Of a stretch of DNA of 50,463 nt, positions 27,715 through 36,658 are shown piece after piece (position 1 is the first letter of the stretch; the number at the start of each line of letters is the position of its first letter). Below the pieces are notes generated by a model. It saw only the letters and a list, made by a program, of their open reading frames with translations, had not been told where the DNA came from and ran no database searches. The DNA comes from an uncultured Candidatus Peribacteria bacterium. GTDB lineage: Bacteria; Patescibacteriota; Gracilibacteria; UBA1369; JACRIC01. Location: NCBI GenBank assembly GCA_964617145.1, contig CAZTVN010000001.1, forward strand, positions 1-50,463, written 5' to 3'. The position numbers were made by a program, and so were the translations under genes.

Positions 27715-27873
27715 ATACTGTAAAACATGATTATTACTACAATTGACAAAATTTGGCTACGAATAACTCATCGCTCGTCGTCGTATCTTGTATCTGATAC
27801 ATGTTTTTCTCGCGAGTTCGTTGTTCTCGCTCAAATTTTGTCAATTTCGATACGCAATCATGTTTTGCAGTAT
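27715..27873 (+). promoter_or_regulatory. long imperfect stem-loop (candidate cis-regulatory leader) upstream of pyrF
   Basis: Helices 27715-27732/27856-27873 (18 bp, one U-G), 27741-27756/27831-27846 (15 bp + G-U), 27761-27767/27820-27826, 27773-27778/27812-27817, and apical 27783-27787/27796-27800. The G-U pairs work only in the plus-sense RNA. Confidence 0.45.
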
Positions 27874-27886
27874 GTCACTAATCTTT

Positions 27887-28822
27887 ATGCAACATTTCGC
27901 TGATCGTCTTATTCAACAGATAAAAAGTAAAAAAAGTTCTGTATGCGTTGGACTTGATCCTCGTTTAAGTCACATTCCAAAATTTATACAAGAATCGGCT
28001 TTGGCCTGTCACAAAGATCCTTTTAAGGCTGCTTCAAAGGCTCTGGTTGATTTTAATAAAGGTATTATTGATGCTGTTTATGATCTTGTGCCTGTTGTGA
28101 AACTCCAAATAGCGTTTTATGAAATTTTTGGGCCTCATGGGATGGAGGCTTTTCTTCAAACGATTGCTTATGCAAAGGAAAAAGGACTCATTGTTATAGC
28201 TGACGCCAAACGTTCTGATATTGATTCGACTGCCAAGGCTTATGCTCAGGCTTTTTTGGGAGAGTTTGAGGTTTTTGGCGAAAAACTTAAGATGTATGAT
28301 GTTGATGCCATGACTGTGAATCCTTATCTTGGTTATGACAGCATAAAACCTTTTATTGAAGTTTGTAAATGTTACGGGAAAGGTATTTTTGTTTTGGTGA
28401 AAACCTCGAATTTTTCTTCTGCTGATATTCAAGATCTTTACAATCAAACTGGACAAACAAATTATGAAATTGTTGCTCGTTTACTTGAAAGTTGGGGAGC
28501 TGATGAGATTGGAGAGTGCGGTTATAGTTGCGTTGGAGCGGTTGTTGGTGCAACTTTTCCAAAAGATGCGCTTCGGCTTCGTTCTATTATGCCAAATACT
28601 ATTTTTCTTGTTCCCGGGTATGGGGCTCAGGGAGCGACGGTACAAGATGTAAAAGTTTGTTTTCATGAAGATGGTCTTGGAGCTATTGTGAACTCTTCGC
28701 GTAACATTATTTTTGCTTATCAAGATTCTTCTCGTTTTTCAGAAAAAGACTATGCTTTAGCTTCGAGGCAGGCTGTTATTGAGATGAATTCGTTTTTTAG
28801 AGGTTCAACATTTCGTTCGTAA
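27887..28822 (+). CDS. pyrF: orotidine-5'-phosphate decarboxylase (long, type-2 form)
   Basis: The family-typical N-terminus begins at MQHFADRLIQQIKSKKSSVCVGLDPR (ATG 27887). It also has ..VIADAKRSDI.. and ..LVPGYGAQG.. The track start TTG 27788 adds 33 hydrophobic residues encoded inside the hairpin. In-frame ATGs at 27860 and 27872 are alternatives. Confidence 0.88.
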   Translation: MQHFADRLIQQIKSKKSSVCVGLDPRLSHIPKFIQESALACHKDPFKAASKALVDFNKGIIDAVYDLVPVVKLQIAFYEIFGPHGMEAFLQTIAYAKEKGLIVIADAKRSDIDSTAKAYAQAFLGEFEVFGEKLKMYDVDAMTVNPYLGYDSIKPFIEVCKCYGKGIFVLVKTSNFSSADIQDLYNQTGQTNYEIVARLLESWGADEIGECGYSCVGAVVGATFPKDALRLRSIMPNTIFLVPGYGAQGATVQDVKVCFHEDGLGAIVNSSRNIIFAYQDSSRFSEKDYALASRQAVIEMNSFFRGSTFRS

Positions 28823-29597
28823 GGTTTGCCCATTCTTTTATCGTGAGTGTTTCTGCGCGGCGCGTGGAATCTATTTTTGCATCTTTCAGTATTTTTCCTA
28901 TTTCATTTTTGTCCTTTTTGAGATTGTGAGAAAGGGCGTTTAAAAGATTTTTGCGTTTTGATTGAAATCCTGCATGAATACAATCGAAATATTTTTTAAG
29001 ATCACCTCTTACTAATGGTTTATTATACACAGCGATTTTTATAATTGCTGAGTCGACTAAGGGCTTTGGAGAGAAATTTCCTGCTTTGACGATTCCTATT
29101 ATTTTGGCCTTCGCGAATGTTTGTACGTTCAGCGCGAGAACATTGAGTTTCCCTTCCTTCGCACAGATTTTTTCTGCTACTTCTTTTTGGACTAAAAGGA
29201 GGAGAAGTTTCGGTGCGGCATATTCCATTTTTATAAATGGATCGAGGAGATAGTGTTTTAACAGTGGGGAAGTGATGTAATACGGGATATTGGCAACGAT
29301 TTTATAATTTTTTATTTTTGGAAAGAATTTTAAAGCATCCCCCTCAATAATTTCGACATTTTTAAAGGGTTTGAAGGTTTTTTTTAATAGAGGAATAAAG
29401 CGTCGATCTTTTTCAATAGCGATAATTTCTCCTCCTTTTTCTGCGAGTTTTATTGTCAAAGCGCCAAGTCCTGGCCCTATTTCTATTATCGTGTCAGAGG
29501 ATTTTATATCGGCTTCGAGCACTATTTTTTCTATAATATTTTTATTTATTAAAAAATGTTGACCAAGGGATTTTTTGGCTTTTTGTCCTTTTAGCAT
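28797..29597 (-). CDS. rsmA: 16S rRNA (adenine1518/1519-N6)-dimethyltransferase
   Basis: 266 aa with KSLGQHFLINKNII and the SAM motif IIEIGPGLGALT. The 3' end overlaps the pyrF 3' end by 26 nt (convergent). Confidence 0.9.
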   Translation of the reverse strand: MLKGQKAKKSLGQHFLINKNIIEKIVLEADIKSSDTIIEIGPGLGALTIKLAEKGGEIIAIEKDRRFIPLLKKTFKPFKNVEIIEGDALKFFPKIKNYKIVANIPYYITSPLLKHYLLDPFIKMEYAAPKLLLLLVQKEVAEKICAKEGKLNVLALNVQTFAKAKIIGIVKAGNFSPKPLVDSAIIKIAVYNKPLVRGDLKKYFDCIHAGFQSKRKNLLNALSHNLKKDKNEIGKILKDAKIDSTRRAETLTIKEWANLTNEMLNL

Positions 29598-29860
29598 TGT
29601 ATTTTTAAAAGTTTTGTTCGTTCCGATTGGCCGCTTATAATGAGAATTTTTTCTTTCTGTTTGTTTAATTCATGGCTTAAAAAATGTATAAGTTCTTTGT
29701 TGGCTTTTCCTTTTTCCGCTGGTTTTTTGATACGAATTTTAATTGTTCCATCATCCATCACTTCAATGACTTCGTTTTTTTCGCTTCCAGGAATAATTTT
29801 TATTCTCACATAAAGATCTTTTGAATCATCGGTTTTTATTATTTTTTTTAGATTAAGCAT
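29591..29860 (-). CDS. DUF167 (YggU-like) family protein
   Basis: 89 aa. The pattern ..IKIIPGSEKNEV..IRIKKPAEKGKANKELIHFLS..SGQSERTKLLKI matches the DUF167 consensus as I recall it. Confidence 0.6.
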   Translation of the reverse strand: MLNLKKIIKTDDSKDLYVRIKIIPGSEKNEVIEVMDDGTIKIRIKKPAEKGKANKELIHFLSHELNKQKEKILIISGQSERTKLLKIQC

Positions 29861-32687
29861 TCTTTTGCGTAAAGAATTTTTTTCGTACTTCTTCGATTAT
29901 AAATATGCTGAGTGATCCAAGTAAAATATATCCCCATTCATATAAGGTAAGATCTGTGGTTCGAATGAGATTTTGAATGAATGGTACATGTACAAGAATG
30001 ACGAGAATGAGTACCGAAAGCGTTACGGCGCTTATGAGATAAAGATTGGAGAAAATGTCTAATTTGAATATTGATTTTTTTAACGAACGTGAATTGAATG
30101 CGTGAACCATTTGTATGAGAACAAGAAACGCAAAAGTAAGCGTTGAGGCTTTGAGGTAAATTGGATCGTTGGTTTTTAGTGTCTGCCCCCATTGCCATCC
30201 GTTTTTTATCAATGTCCATATGAAAGTGCTTGTCATAAGAATTCCTATGAAAATTCCGATATAGGTGAAATGAAGAATAAAATTTTTTTTCAAAATTTGA
30301 TCGTTTTTTTGTCTCGGTGGTTTTAGCATAATATCAACTTCAGCTTTTTCTAATCCGAGTGCTAAAGCCGGAAAAACGTCGGTTCCAACATTCACACAGA
30401 GAATAAGAATCGCTGTAAGAGGAGCCTCAAGCGAGAGTAAAATCGCGGAAAAGATCATGACGAGTTCTCCAATATTGCAAGCAAAGATATATAAAATAAA
30501 TTTTTTTATATTTTCATAAATGGTTCTTCCTTCTTCAATCGCTGTTACAATCGTCGCAAAGCTGTCGTCAGCGAGTACCATGTTTGCGGCTTCTCGACTT
30601 ACATCTGTTCCTGTAATGCCCATTGCTATGCCGATATCGGCTCGTTTGAGTGCTGGAGCGTCATTTACTCCATCGCCGGTTACCGCAACAATTTCTCCCA
30701 TCTTTTTGAGTGTTGAGACTATTTTGAGTTTATGTTCGGGGCTTACTCGTGCGAATATGATATTTTCCTCATTTTTAAAAATATTTATGAGTTCGTTTGT
30801 TTCTATATATTCAAGTTCTTTTCCTGTTATGATCTTTACTGTTTCTTTTTCTTTAAAAAGTCCAATTTCTTTCCCAATAGCTATCGCGGTTAAGCCGTAA
30901 TCACCTGTTACCATGTATACTTTGATTCCAGCTTGTTTTGTTATACGAATTGCTTCTTTCACCTCTTTTCTTGGGGGGTCGATCATCCCCACAAGACCAA
31001 CAAAAATAAGATTTTTTTCTACTTCTTTTATCGAATATTCTTTTTTTTCGGTTTTTCCTAATTCTTTAAGAGCAAACCCGATAACGCGCAGGGCGTCTTG
31101 AGCCAGACGCTCATTATCTTTTAATATTTTTTCGCGTAATTTATTGTTGAGTGGAACAATTTTCCCATTTTGATACACTGATTCGCATTTTTCGAGAAGA
31201 TTATCCAAAGCTCCTTTACTGTAAGCTATGATTTTCTCATCAGTTTTGTGAATGGTTGTCATCATTTTTCTCGAAGAATCGAAGGGAAGTTCGTATATCT
31301 TTTTGTTTTCTCTTTTGAGAGATTCGTAACTGAAACCTGCTTTTTCGACCATGGTTAAAAGACATCCTTCCGTTGGATCTCCTAAAATGGTTTTTTGATT
31401 TTTCTCTAGAGATAGTGTCTTTTTTATTAAATGGCCATTATTACAGAGGCTCGCTATACGACAGATGAGTTCTAAAGATTGAAAAAGCTTAGGATTTCCT
31501 TTTTTTATTATTTTGAGATCGTAATCGGGTTCATTTTCTTTACTGTGTCTGCCTATATGAATATTTGTTTTTTTTACAATACATTCTCCATCGTAGGGAT
31601 CGTATCCTGCGCCGGTTATACGAAATTGATAATCCTGCAAAATAAGTTCTTTCACGGTCATTTCGTTTTTCGTCAATGTTCCTGTTTTATCTGAACATAT
31701 AACTGTTACTGATCCCAATGTTTCGACTGATGAGAGTTCTTTCATGATGGCATTTTTTTTTGCCAATTTTTGCACTCCCAGCGCTAAAGTCATGGTAATT
31801 GTGGCTGGCAGTCCTTCGGGTACGGCGGCGACGGCTACTCCAACAGAAAATAGCAGTGTTTCGATAAAAGCTTTTTTTTGCCAAAAATATCCTACAATGA
31901 AAAGAATTGTTGAGAGAACTATGGTTGTTTTCCCTGCCAAAAGTCCTATTTTGTGTAATTCTTTTTGAAGAGGACTTTTATCTTTTTTGGTAGTTCCCGT
32001 AAGGTGTGCGATTTTTCCAAACTGCGTATTCATCCCTGTAGCGAAAACTATCGCTTTTCCTGTGCCATAAGTCACTGTTGTCCCCATGAAAACGATATTG
32101 GTGTGTTCAAAAAAATGAGGATTTGTTTTATCAATATTGTTCGCTTGTTTTTTTATTGAAACCGATTCTCCTGTTAGTACCGCTTCAGATACGCAGAGTT
32201 CGTGTTCTTCAATAAGCCTGCTATCCGCACTGATTTGGTCTCCTTCATTTATAATGATAATGTCTCCCGGAACGAGATATTTTCCTTCTATTTCCATTTC
32301 TTCATTTTCACGAATAACTCTTGCTTTTGCATCTGTGAATTTTTTTAATGCTTCTACAGCCTTTTCTGCTCGATATTTTTGAATAAATCCTATAAAAGCA
32401 TTGAGAATGACAATAAATAAGATGATTGATGCATCGATTTTTTCTCCAGAAATGAATGCGATGATTACTGCTCCAATCAGAATCAATACCATAATATCCT
32501 GAAATTCTTCAAAAAACTGAAGAATGATCGGAGTGCGTTTGTGTGTTTTAATTTCATTGAAGCCATATTTTTCGAGACGGTTTTTTGCCTGGGCATTTGA
32601 AAGCCCTGATACGCTTGTTTCAAAAATTTGGAAAATTTTTTTAACTGACTGTTGGTACATATTTATTTTAGTTGGGACATTCTCCAC
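29853..32687 (-). CDS. P-type cation-transporting ATPase, P2 (SERCA/Ca2+-ATPase-like) family
   Basis: 944 aa with TGES, ICSDKTGTLT, VPEGLPA (TM4), MVTGD and VTGDGVNDAPALKRADIGIAMG. An alternative start at Met10 (32660) would remove the 25-nt overlap with trmD. Confidence 0.9.
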   Translation of the reverse strand: MENVPTKINMYQQSVKKIFQIFETSVSGLSNAQAKNRLEKYGFNEIKTHKRTPIILQFFEEFQDIMVLILIGAVIIAFISGEKIDASIILFIVILNAFIGFIQKYRAEKAVEALKKFTDAKARVIRENEEMEIEGKYLVPGDIIIINEGDQISADSRLIEEHELCVSEAVLTGESVSIKKQANNIDKTNPHFFEHTNIVFMGTTVTYGTGKAIVFATGMNTQFGKIAHLTGTTKKDKSPLQKELHKIGLLAGKTTIVLSTILFIVGYFWQKKAFIETLLFSVGVAVAAVPEGLPATITMTLALGVQKLAKKNAIMKELSSVETLGSVTVICSDKTGTLTKNEMTVKELILQDYQFRITGAGYDPYDGECIVKKTNIHIGRHSKENEPDYDLKIIKKGNPKLFQSLELICRIASLCNNGHLIKKTLSLEKNQKTILGDPTEGCLLTMVEKAGFSYESLKRENKKIYELPFDSSRKMMTTIHKTDEKIIAYSKGALDNLLEKCESVYQNGKIVPLNNKLREKILKDNERLAQDALRVIGFALKELGKTEKKEYSIKEVEKNLIFVGLVGMIDPPRKEVKEAIRITKQAGIKVYMVTGDYGLTAIAIGKEIGLFKEKETVKIITGKELEYIETNELINIFKNEENIIFARVSPEHKLKIVSTLKKMGEIVAVTGDGVNDAPALKRADIGIAMGITGTDVSREAANMVLADDSFATIVTAIEEGRTIYENIKKFILYIFACNIGELVMIFSAILLSLEAPLTAILILCVNVGTDVFPALALGLEKAEVDIMLKPPRQKNDQILKKNFILHFTYIGIFIGILMTSTFIWTLIKNGWQWGQTLKTNDPIYLKASTLTFAFLVLIQMVHAFNSRSLKKSIFKLDIFSNLYLISAVTLSVLILVILVHVPFIQNLIRTTDLTLYEWGYILLGSLSIFIIEEVRKKFFTQKNA

Positions 32688-33337
32688 TCTTCGATTTTTT
32701 TGTGATTACCTGAGCGCAGTATCTCTGGAACTTTCATTTCGTGAAATATTGCTGGCTTTGTGTAGTGGGGATATTCTTTTTTCCCTTTGAGTTTAGGTGT
32801 AAATGAATCTTCCAAGGCTGAATATTCGTCGCCAAGGACATTTGGAAGAAGGCGGGTTAAAGCATCTATAAGAATCATGGCAGGTAGTTCTCCTCCTGTT
32901 AAAACGTATTTGCCGATGGAAATTTCCTCATCCACCAGTGTATCACGAATGCGCTGATCTATCCCTTCATAGCGTCCGCAAAGCAGAATCATTTCTTTCC
33001 GATTACTGAGTCGTCTCGCTGTGCGGTGAGTGAAGATTTTTCCATGAGGGGTTAAAAAAATAACAGGACCTTTATTCCCCTTTTTTGCTGCTAGAATGCA
33101 ATTATAAAGAGGTTCGGGTGTCATAATCATGCCAGAGCCACCTCCGTAGGGTTTATCGTCGACTTTTCGGTGTTTATTTTTGCTGTATTTTCTTATGTCG
33201 TAGAAGTCGAGCTTTATAATTTTTTTTTGGATGGCGCGTCTAAGAATACTTTCATTACAATAAGAATCCATACTATGCGGAAAAATCGTGAGGACAGAAA
33301 AATGTATTTTTTTATTGTCAGCAGGAGAGGGGACCAT
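32663..33337 (-). CDS. trmD: tRNA (guanine37-N1)-methyltransferase
   Basis: 224 aa with ..VLTIFPHSM.., ..PYGGGSGMIM.., ..LLCGRYEGIDQRI.., ..ISIGKYVLTGGELPAM.. Confidence 0.93.
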   Translation of the reverse strand: MVPSPADNKKIHFSVLTIFPHSMDSYCNESILRRAIQKKIIKLDFYDIRKYSKNKHRKVDDKPYGGGSGMIMTPEPLYNCILAAKKGNKGPVIFLTPHGKIFTHRTARRLSNRKEMILLCGRYEGIDQRIRDTLVDEEISIGKYVLTGGELPAMILIDALTRLLPNVLGDEYSALEDSFTPKLKGKKEYPHYTKPAIFHEMKVPEILRSGNHKKIEEWRMSQLK

Positions 33338-33358
33338 AAAATCTTTAAGGAAGTCTCC

Positions 33359-33781
33359 TTAACGTTTTTGCCATTGTGGCGCACGCCGCGCTCGTTTGAG
33401 ACCGTATTTTTTTCGTTCTTTCATTCGAGCGTCACGCGTTAAAAATCCTGCTCTTTTTAAGGTAGTTCGTACCGTTTCATCTACTTCTAAAAGCGCTTTT
33501 GCTATCCCATGACGGGCTGCTTGCGCTTGTGCATGAATACCACCGCCTAGAGCGATGATCGAGATATCGAACATTTTGAGTTTATGTGTCATTTTGAGTG
33601 GCGAATATATGGCATCGAGATCGGTTTTTACTGTAAAATATTTTTCAATCGGTTTTTCATTAATGGTGATAACACCTGTTCCATTTTCGTGCATACGTAC
33701 TCTGCAAATTGCAGTTTTACGTTTACCATTTGCGTAATAATATTTTCGTAATTTTTCGTTTTGTTTAGAAACTTGAGCCAT
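33359..33781 (-). CDS. rpsI: 30S ribosomal protein S9
   Basis: 140 aa, ..GGGIHAQAQAARHGIAKAL.. ending ..RRAPQWQKR. Confidence 0.96.
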   Translation of the reverse strand: MAQVSKQNEKLRKYYYANGKRKTAICRVRMHENGTGVITINEKPIEKYFTVKTDLDAIYSPLKMTHKLKMFDISIIALGGGIHAQAQAARHGIAKALLEVDETVRTTLKRAGFLTRDARMKERKKYGLKRARRAPQWQKR

Positions 33782-33783
33782 TT

Positions 33784-34227
33784 TTAGAGATTAAGAGTTT
33801 CAGGTTTTTGAGCAATGTGATTGTGTTCGCTCTCTGGAAAAATTTTCAATTTATCTATAATCTTTTTTTTCAGTCGATTCTTTGGAATCATACCACTTAT
33901 TATTTTTTTTAAAACTTGTTCGGGTTTTTCTTCTAAGAGACGACTTACCGGTATGGTTTTTAATGCTCCTGGGTATCCCGAATGTCGGTGATAGACTTTT
34001 TGTTCGAGTTTGCGTCCCGTGAGGTGAATGTGCGCCGCATTGATTACTACGACATGGTCACCGCAATCCATATGTGGTGACCATATGGGCTTATGTTTCC
34101 CCCTTAGAATATCAGCAATTTTCGTGGCAATCCTTCCAGGAACTTTGTCTTTGGCGTCAACAAGATACCATTTTTTTTCAATTTCTGATTGTTTTGGGAT
34201 AGAAGTTTTCATAGATTTTACGTTCAT
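33784..34227 (-). CDS. rplM: 50S ribosomal protein L13
   Basis: 147 aa, ..KKWYLVDAKDKVPGRIATKIADILRGKHKP.. Confidence 0.96.
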   Translation of the reverse strand: MNVKSMKTSIPKQSEIEKKWYLVDAKDKVPGRIATKIADILRGKHKPIWSPHMDCGDHVVVINAAHIHLTGRKLEQKVYHRHSGYPGALKTIPVSRLLEEKPEQVLKKIISGMIPKNRLKKKIIDKLKIFPESEHNHIAQKPETLNL

Positions 34228-34577
34228 ACGAGTTCGATTTGTACTTGAGGCGCATTATCTCCTGCACGGAATTTTAATCGAGTAATCCGAGTATAGCCAC
34301 TTTTTCGCTCTTTGTATCTTTCGGCAATTTTTTCGATGAGTTTTTTTGAGGCTTTTTCTTCAAAAAGTATTGTATTGAGTTTTCTTATTGACAGCATTTT
34401 ATTATCTTTTTTCGCAATATTGATAAGTTTTTCTATTAAAGGCTTTACCCCTTTGGCTTTTGATTGCGTGGTTTTTACTTTTTCATAAAGAATAATTGAT
34501 GCAGCTAGATTTCTCATCAATGCGTTTATCCGTGATGGATTTTTTCGTAATTTCGTATGTTTTTTTTGATGTCGCAT
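34224..34577 (-). CDS. rplQ: 50S ribosomal protein L17
   Basis: 117 aa, MRHQKKHTKLRKNPSRINALMRNLA.. Follows rpoA. Confidence 0.95.
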   Translation of the reverse strand: MRHQKKHTKLRKNPSRINALMRNLAASIILYEKVKTTQSKAKGVKPLIEKLINIAKKDNKMLSIRKLNTILFEEKASKKLIEKIAERYKERKSGYTRITRLKFRAGDNAPQVQIELV

Positions 34578-34590
34578 AAATTTAAAAAAA

Positions 34591-35577
34591 TTATTCTGAT
34601 GATTCTTCGGGGAGATGGAAATTTCGACTTTTTAAAGCTATTTTTACTTCTGTTAAAGCCTTTTTGCCAAATCCTCGAAGATTATTGAGTTTCATTTCGG
34701 TGCATTGCACTAATTCTTCAATTGAACCAATGCTCCCATTAATGAGCGCGTTTAATGTCCTTGGAGAGAGGCCCAAAATCTCGATTGGGGTATAGGCTTC
34801 TTGTCGAGGAGTTTCTCGTTCTTCTTGTTGTTTTTTTGCAGCAATTTTTTCGATATTTGTCATAAATTCCGGCTCGATGAGTGCTTCAGTTATGTTGAAA
34901 AGGCTAAAATAAGATTTTAAGAGATCTGCTGCAAATTTTAGAGCGTCGTCTGAAGATATTGAACCGTTCGTTACAATTTCTAATATGAGTTTATCGAGGT
35001 TGGTCATTTGTCCAACACGTACGGCTTCAACGTCATATCGAACCCTTTCGACAGGTGTAAATGTTGCGTCTACAAGAATAAATTCTGTTTCTTTTTCTTC
35101 GCTTTCTTTTATTGAAGCCGGTAAATATCCAACTCCTTTTTCGATGCGGATTTCCATATTGAGTTTTGAATCTTTTGAATCAAGAGTTGTGATATAGAGG
35201 TCTTTATTTAGAATTTCTACATCGGATGATGTTTCTATATCTTTTGCGAGTATTTGTCCTTCTTTTTTTGGATGAAGTTTTATAATAGACGGTTCGCGAC
35301 TTATTTTTTTGATATGGAGTTTTTTGAGATTAAGAATGATGTCAAGCACACTATCCTTTACTCCTTTTAAGGTTGAATATTCATGTGTTACCCCGCTTAT
35401 TTTAACTCCTGTTACCGCAGCTCCTGGAAGAGAGGAGAGCAGCACTCTGCGCAGAGCATTCCCAAGGGTTGTTCCATAGCCTTGAGGAAGTGGGCTTATT
35501 GTAAAAATCATGTGCATTTGACTCATCACTTTTTTTTCAATCTTTGGAATACCAATTTCTTCTTGTATTTGGTGCAT
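34591..35577 (-). CDS. rpoA: DNA-directed RNA polymerase subunit alpha
   Basis: 328 aa, ..PLPQGYGTTLGNALRRVLLSSLPGAAV.. and C-terminal domain ..LGLSPRTLNAL.. Confidence 0.96.
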   Translation of the reverse strand: MHQIQEEIGIPKIEKKVMSQMHMIFTISPLPQGYGTTLGNALRRVLLSSLPGAAVTGVKISGVTHEYSTLKGVKDSVLDIILNLKKLHIKKISREPSIIKLHPKKEGQILAKDIETSSDVEILNKDLYITTLDSKDSKLNMEIRIEKGVGYLPASIKESEEKETEFILVDATFTPVERVRYDVEAVRVGQMTNLDKLILEIVTNGSISSDDALKFAADLLKSYFSLFNITEALIEPEFMTNIEKIAAKKQQEERETPRQEAYTPIEILGLSPRTLNALINGSIGSIEELVQCTEMKLNNLRGFGKKALTEVKIALKSRNFHLPEESSE

Positions 35578-35605
35578 TTCTTGAAGATTTAAGTGTTAAA
35601 AGAGA

Positions 35606-36226
35606 TTATTTTGAATAATATTCAACGACAAGTTGCGGATTGACGATTTTTTCAAAATCTTCTTTTTCTGGTAGTGATTTTATTTTTCCTGTAAGATTTT
35701 TGAAATCGACTTCGAGCCATTTGGGTAGTGTTACTTTCATTTTACGAATTTCTTCAAATAATGGAGAAGATTTTACTGCTTTTCGTACCTCAAAAAGGTC
35801 TCCCACTTTTACCTGAATAGATGGAATGTCTACTTTTTTTCCGTTAAGATTTATTAGTGAGTGTGAGACTATTTGACGAGCCTGTGCCCTTGTTTTTGCT
35901 AATCCTGCACGAAAAATGACATTATCGAGCCTTCTTTCAAGGAGCGTCAAGAGTTCGTCACCAGTTACTCCTTTTGATTTTGAGGCCATTTGATAATATC
36001 TTCGTAATTGTTTTTCTGTGATACTAAAGAGAAAACGAAGTCTCTGTTTTTCCATAAGGTGTTTCGCAAATTCGGAAGGTTTGCTCAATTTATTCTGTCC
36101 GTGTTGACCAGGTGGATAATTTTTCTTTATTGCTTCACCTCTTTTAGATTTTTCATCTCTTCTTCCGAATAATTCAACTCCGAAACGACGAGATAATCTA
36201 TTTTTAGGGCCTGTATAATGAGACAT
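35606..36226 (-). CDS. rpsD: 30S ribosomal protein S4
   Basis: 206 aa, MSHYTGPKNRLSRRFG.., S4 domain ..RLDNVIFRAGLAKTRAQARQIVSH.. Confidence 0.96.
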   Translation of the reverse strand: MSHYTGPKNRLSRRFGVELFGRRDEKSKRGEAIKKNYPPGQHGQNKLSKPSEFAKHLMEKQRLRFLFSITEKQLRRYYQMASKSKGVTGDELLTLLERRLDNVIFRAGLAKTRAQARQIVSHSLINLNGKKVDIPSIQVKVGDLFEVRKAVKSSPLFEEIRKMKVTLPKWLEVDFKNLTGKIKSLPEKEDFEKIVNPQLVVEYYSK

Positions 36227-36243
36227 ACAAAAGAAATAAAATT

Positions 36244-36633
36244 TTATACACGTCTTTTTTTCTTTGGCCTACATCCATTGTGTGGAATGCCTGTTAAATC
36301 AGTGATTGTTTCTATTTGTAAACCAGAACTGTGTAATCCTCGGAGGGCTTGTTCTCTTCCTGTTCCAACTCCTTTTATGAAAACGTTTACTTTTTCTAGA
36401 CCAAATGAGAGAGCTTTCCCTACAGCATTTTCCGCTGCCACTTGAGCTGCGTATGGAGTAGCTTTCCTTGTCCCTTTAAATCCACTTGCTCCTGCCGATG
36501 CCCATGTCAATACTTTCCCTTCAGGATCGGTAATGGTCACAATGGTGTTATTAAAGGAGGCTTGTATGTAAACCCGTCCCTGTGGAACGTTAAGTTTTTT
36601 TGAACTTTTTTTGACTTTAGTTTTCTCTGTCAT
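36244..36633 (-). CDS. rpsK: 30S ribosomal protein S11
   Basis: 129 aa, ..[35 protein letters not shown].. Confidence 0.97.
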   Translation of the reverse strand: MTEKTKVKKSSKKLNVPQGRVYIQASFNNTIVTITDPEGKVLTWASAGASGFKGTRKATPYAAQVAAENAVGKALSFGLEKVNVFIKGVGTGREQALRGLHSSGLQIETITDLTGIPHNGCRPKKKRRV

Positions 36634-36658
36634 AGTGAATACAAAGATGTTTTAAATA

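Noticed and set aside
27776-27785. A shared 10-mer (TCGTCGTCGT, the reverse complement of ACGACGACGA at 22460-22469) between the pyrF leader hairpin and the 275-nt element
   Set aside because: It is a trinucleotide-repeat-like word with no extended similarity around it. It is probably a coincidence and not evidence that the two structures are related.
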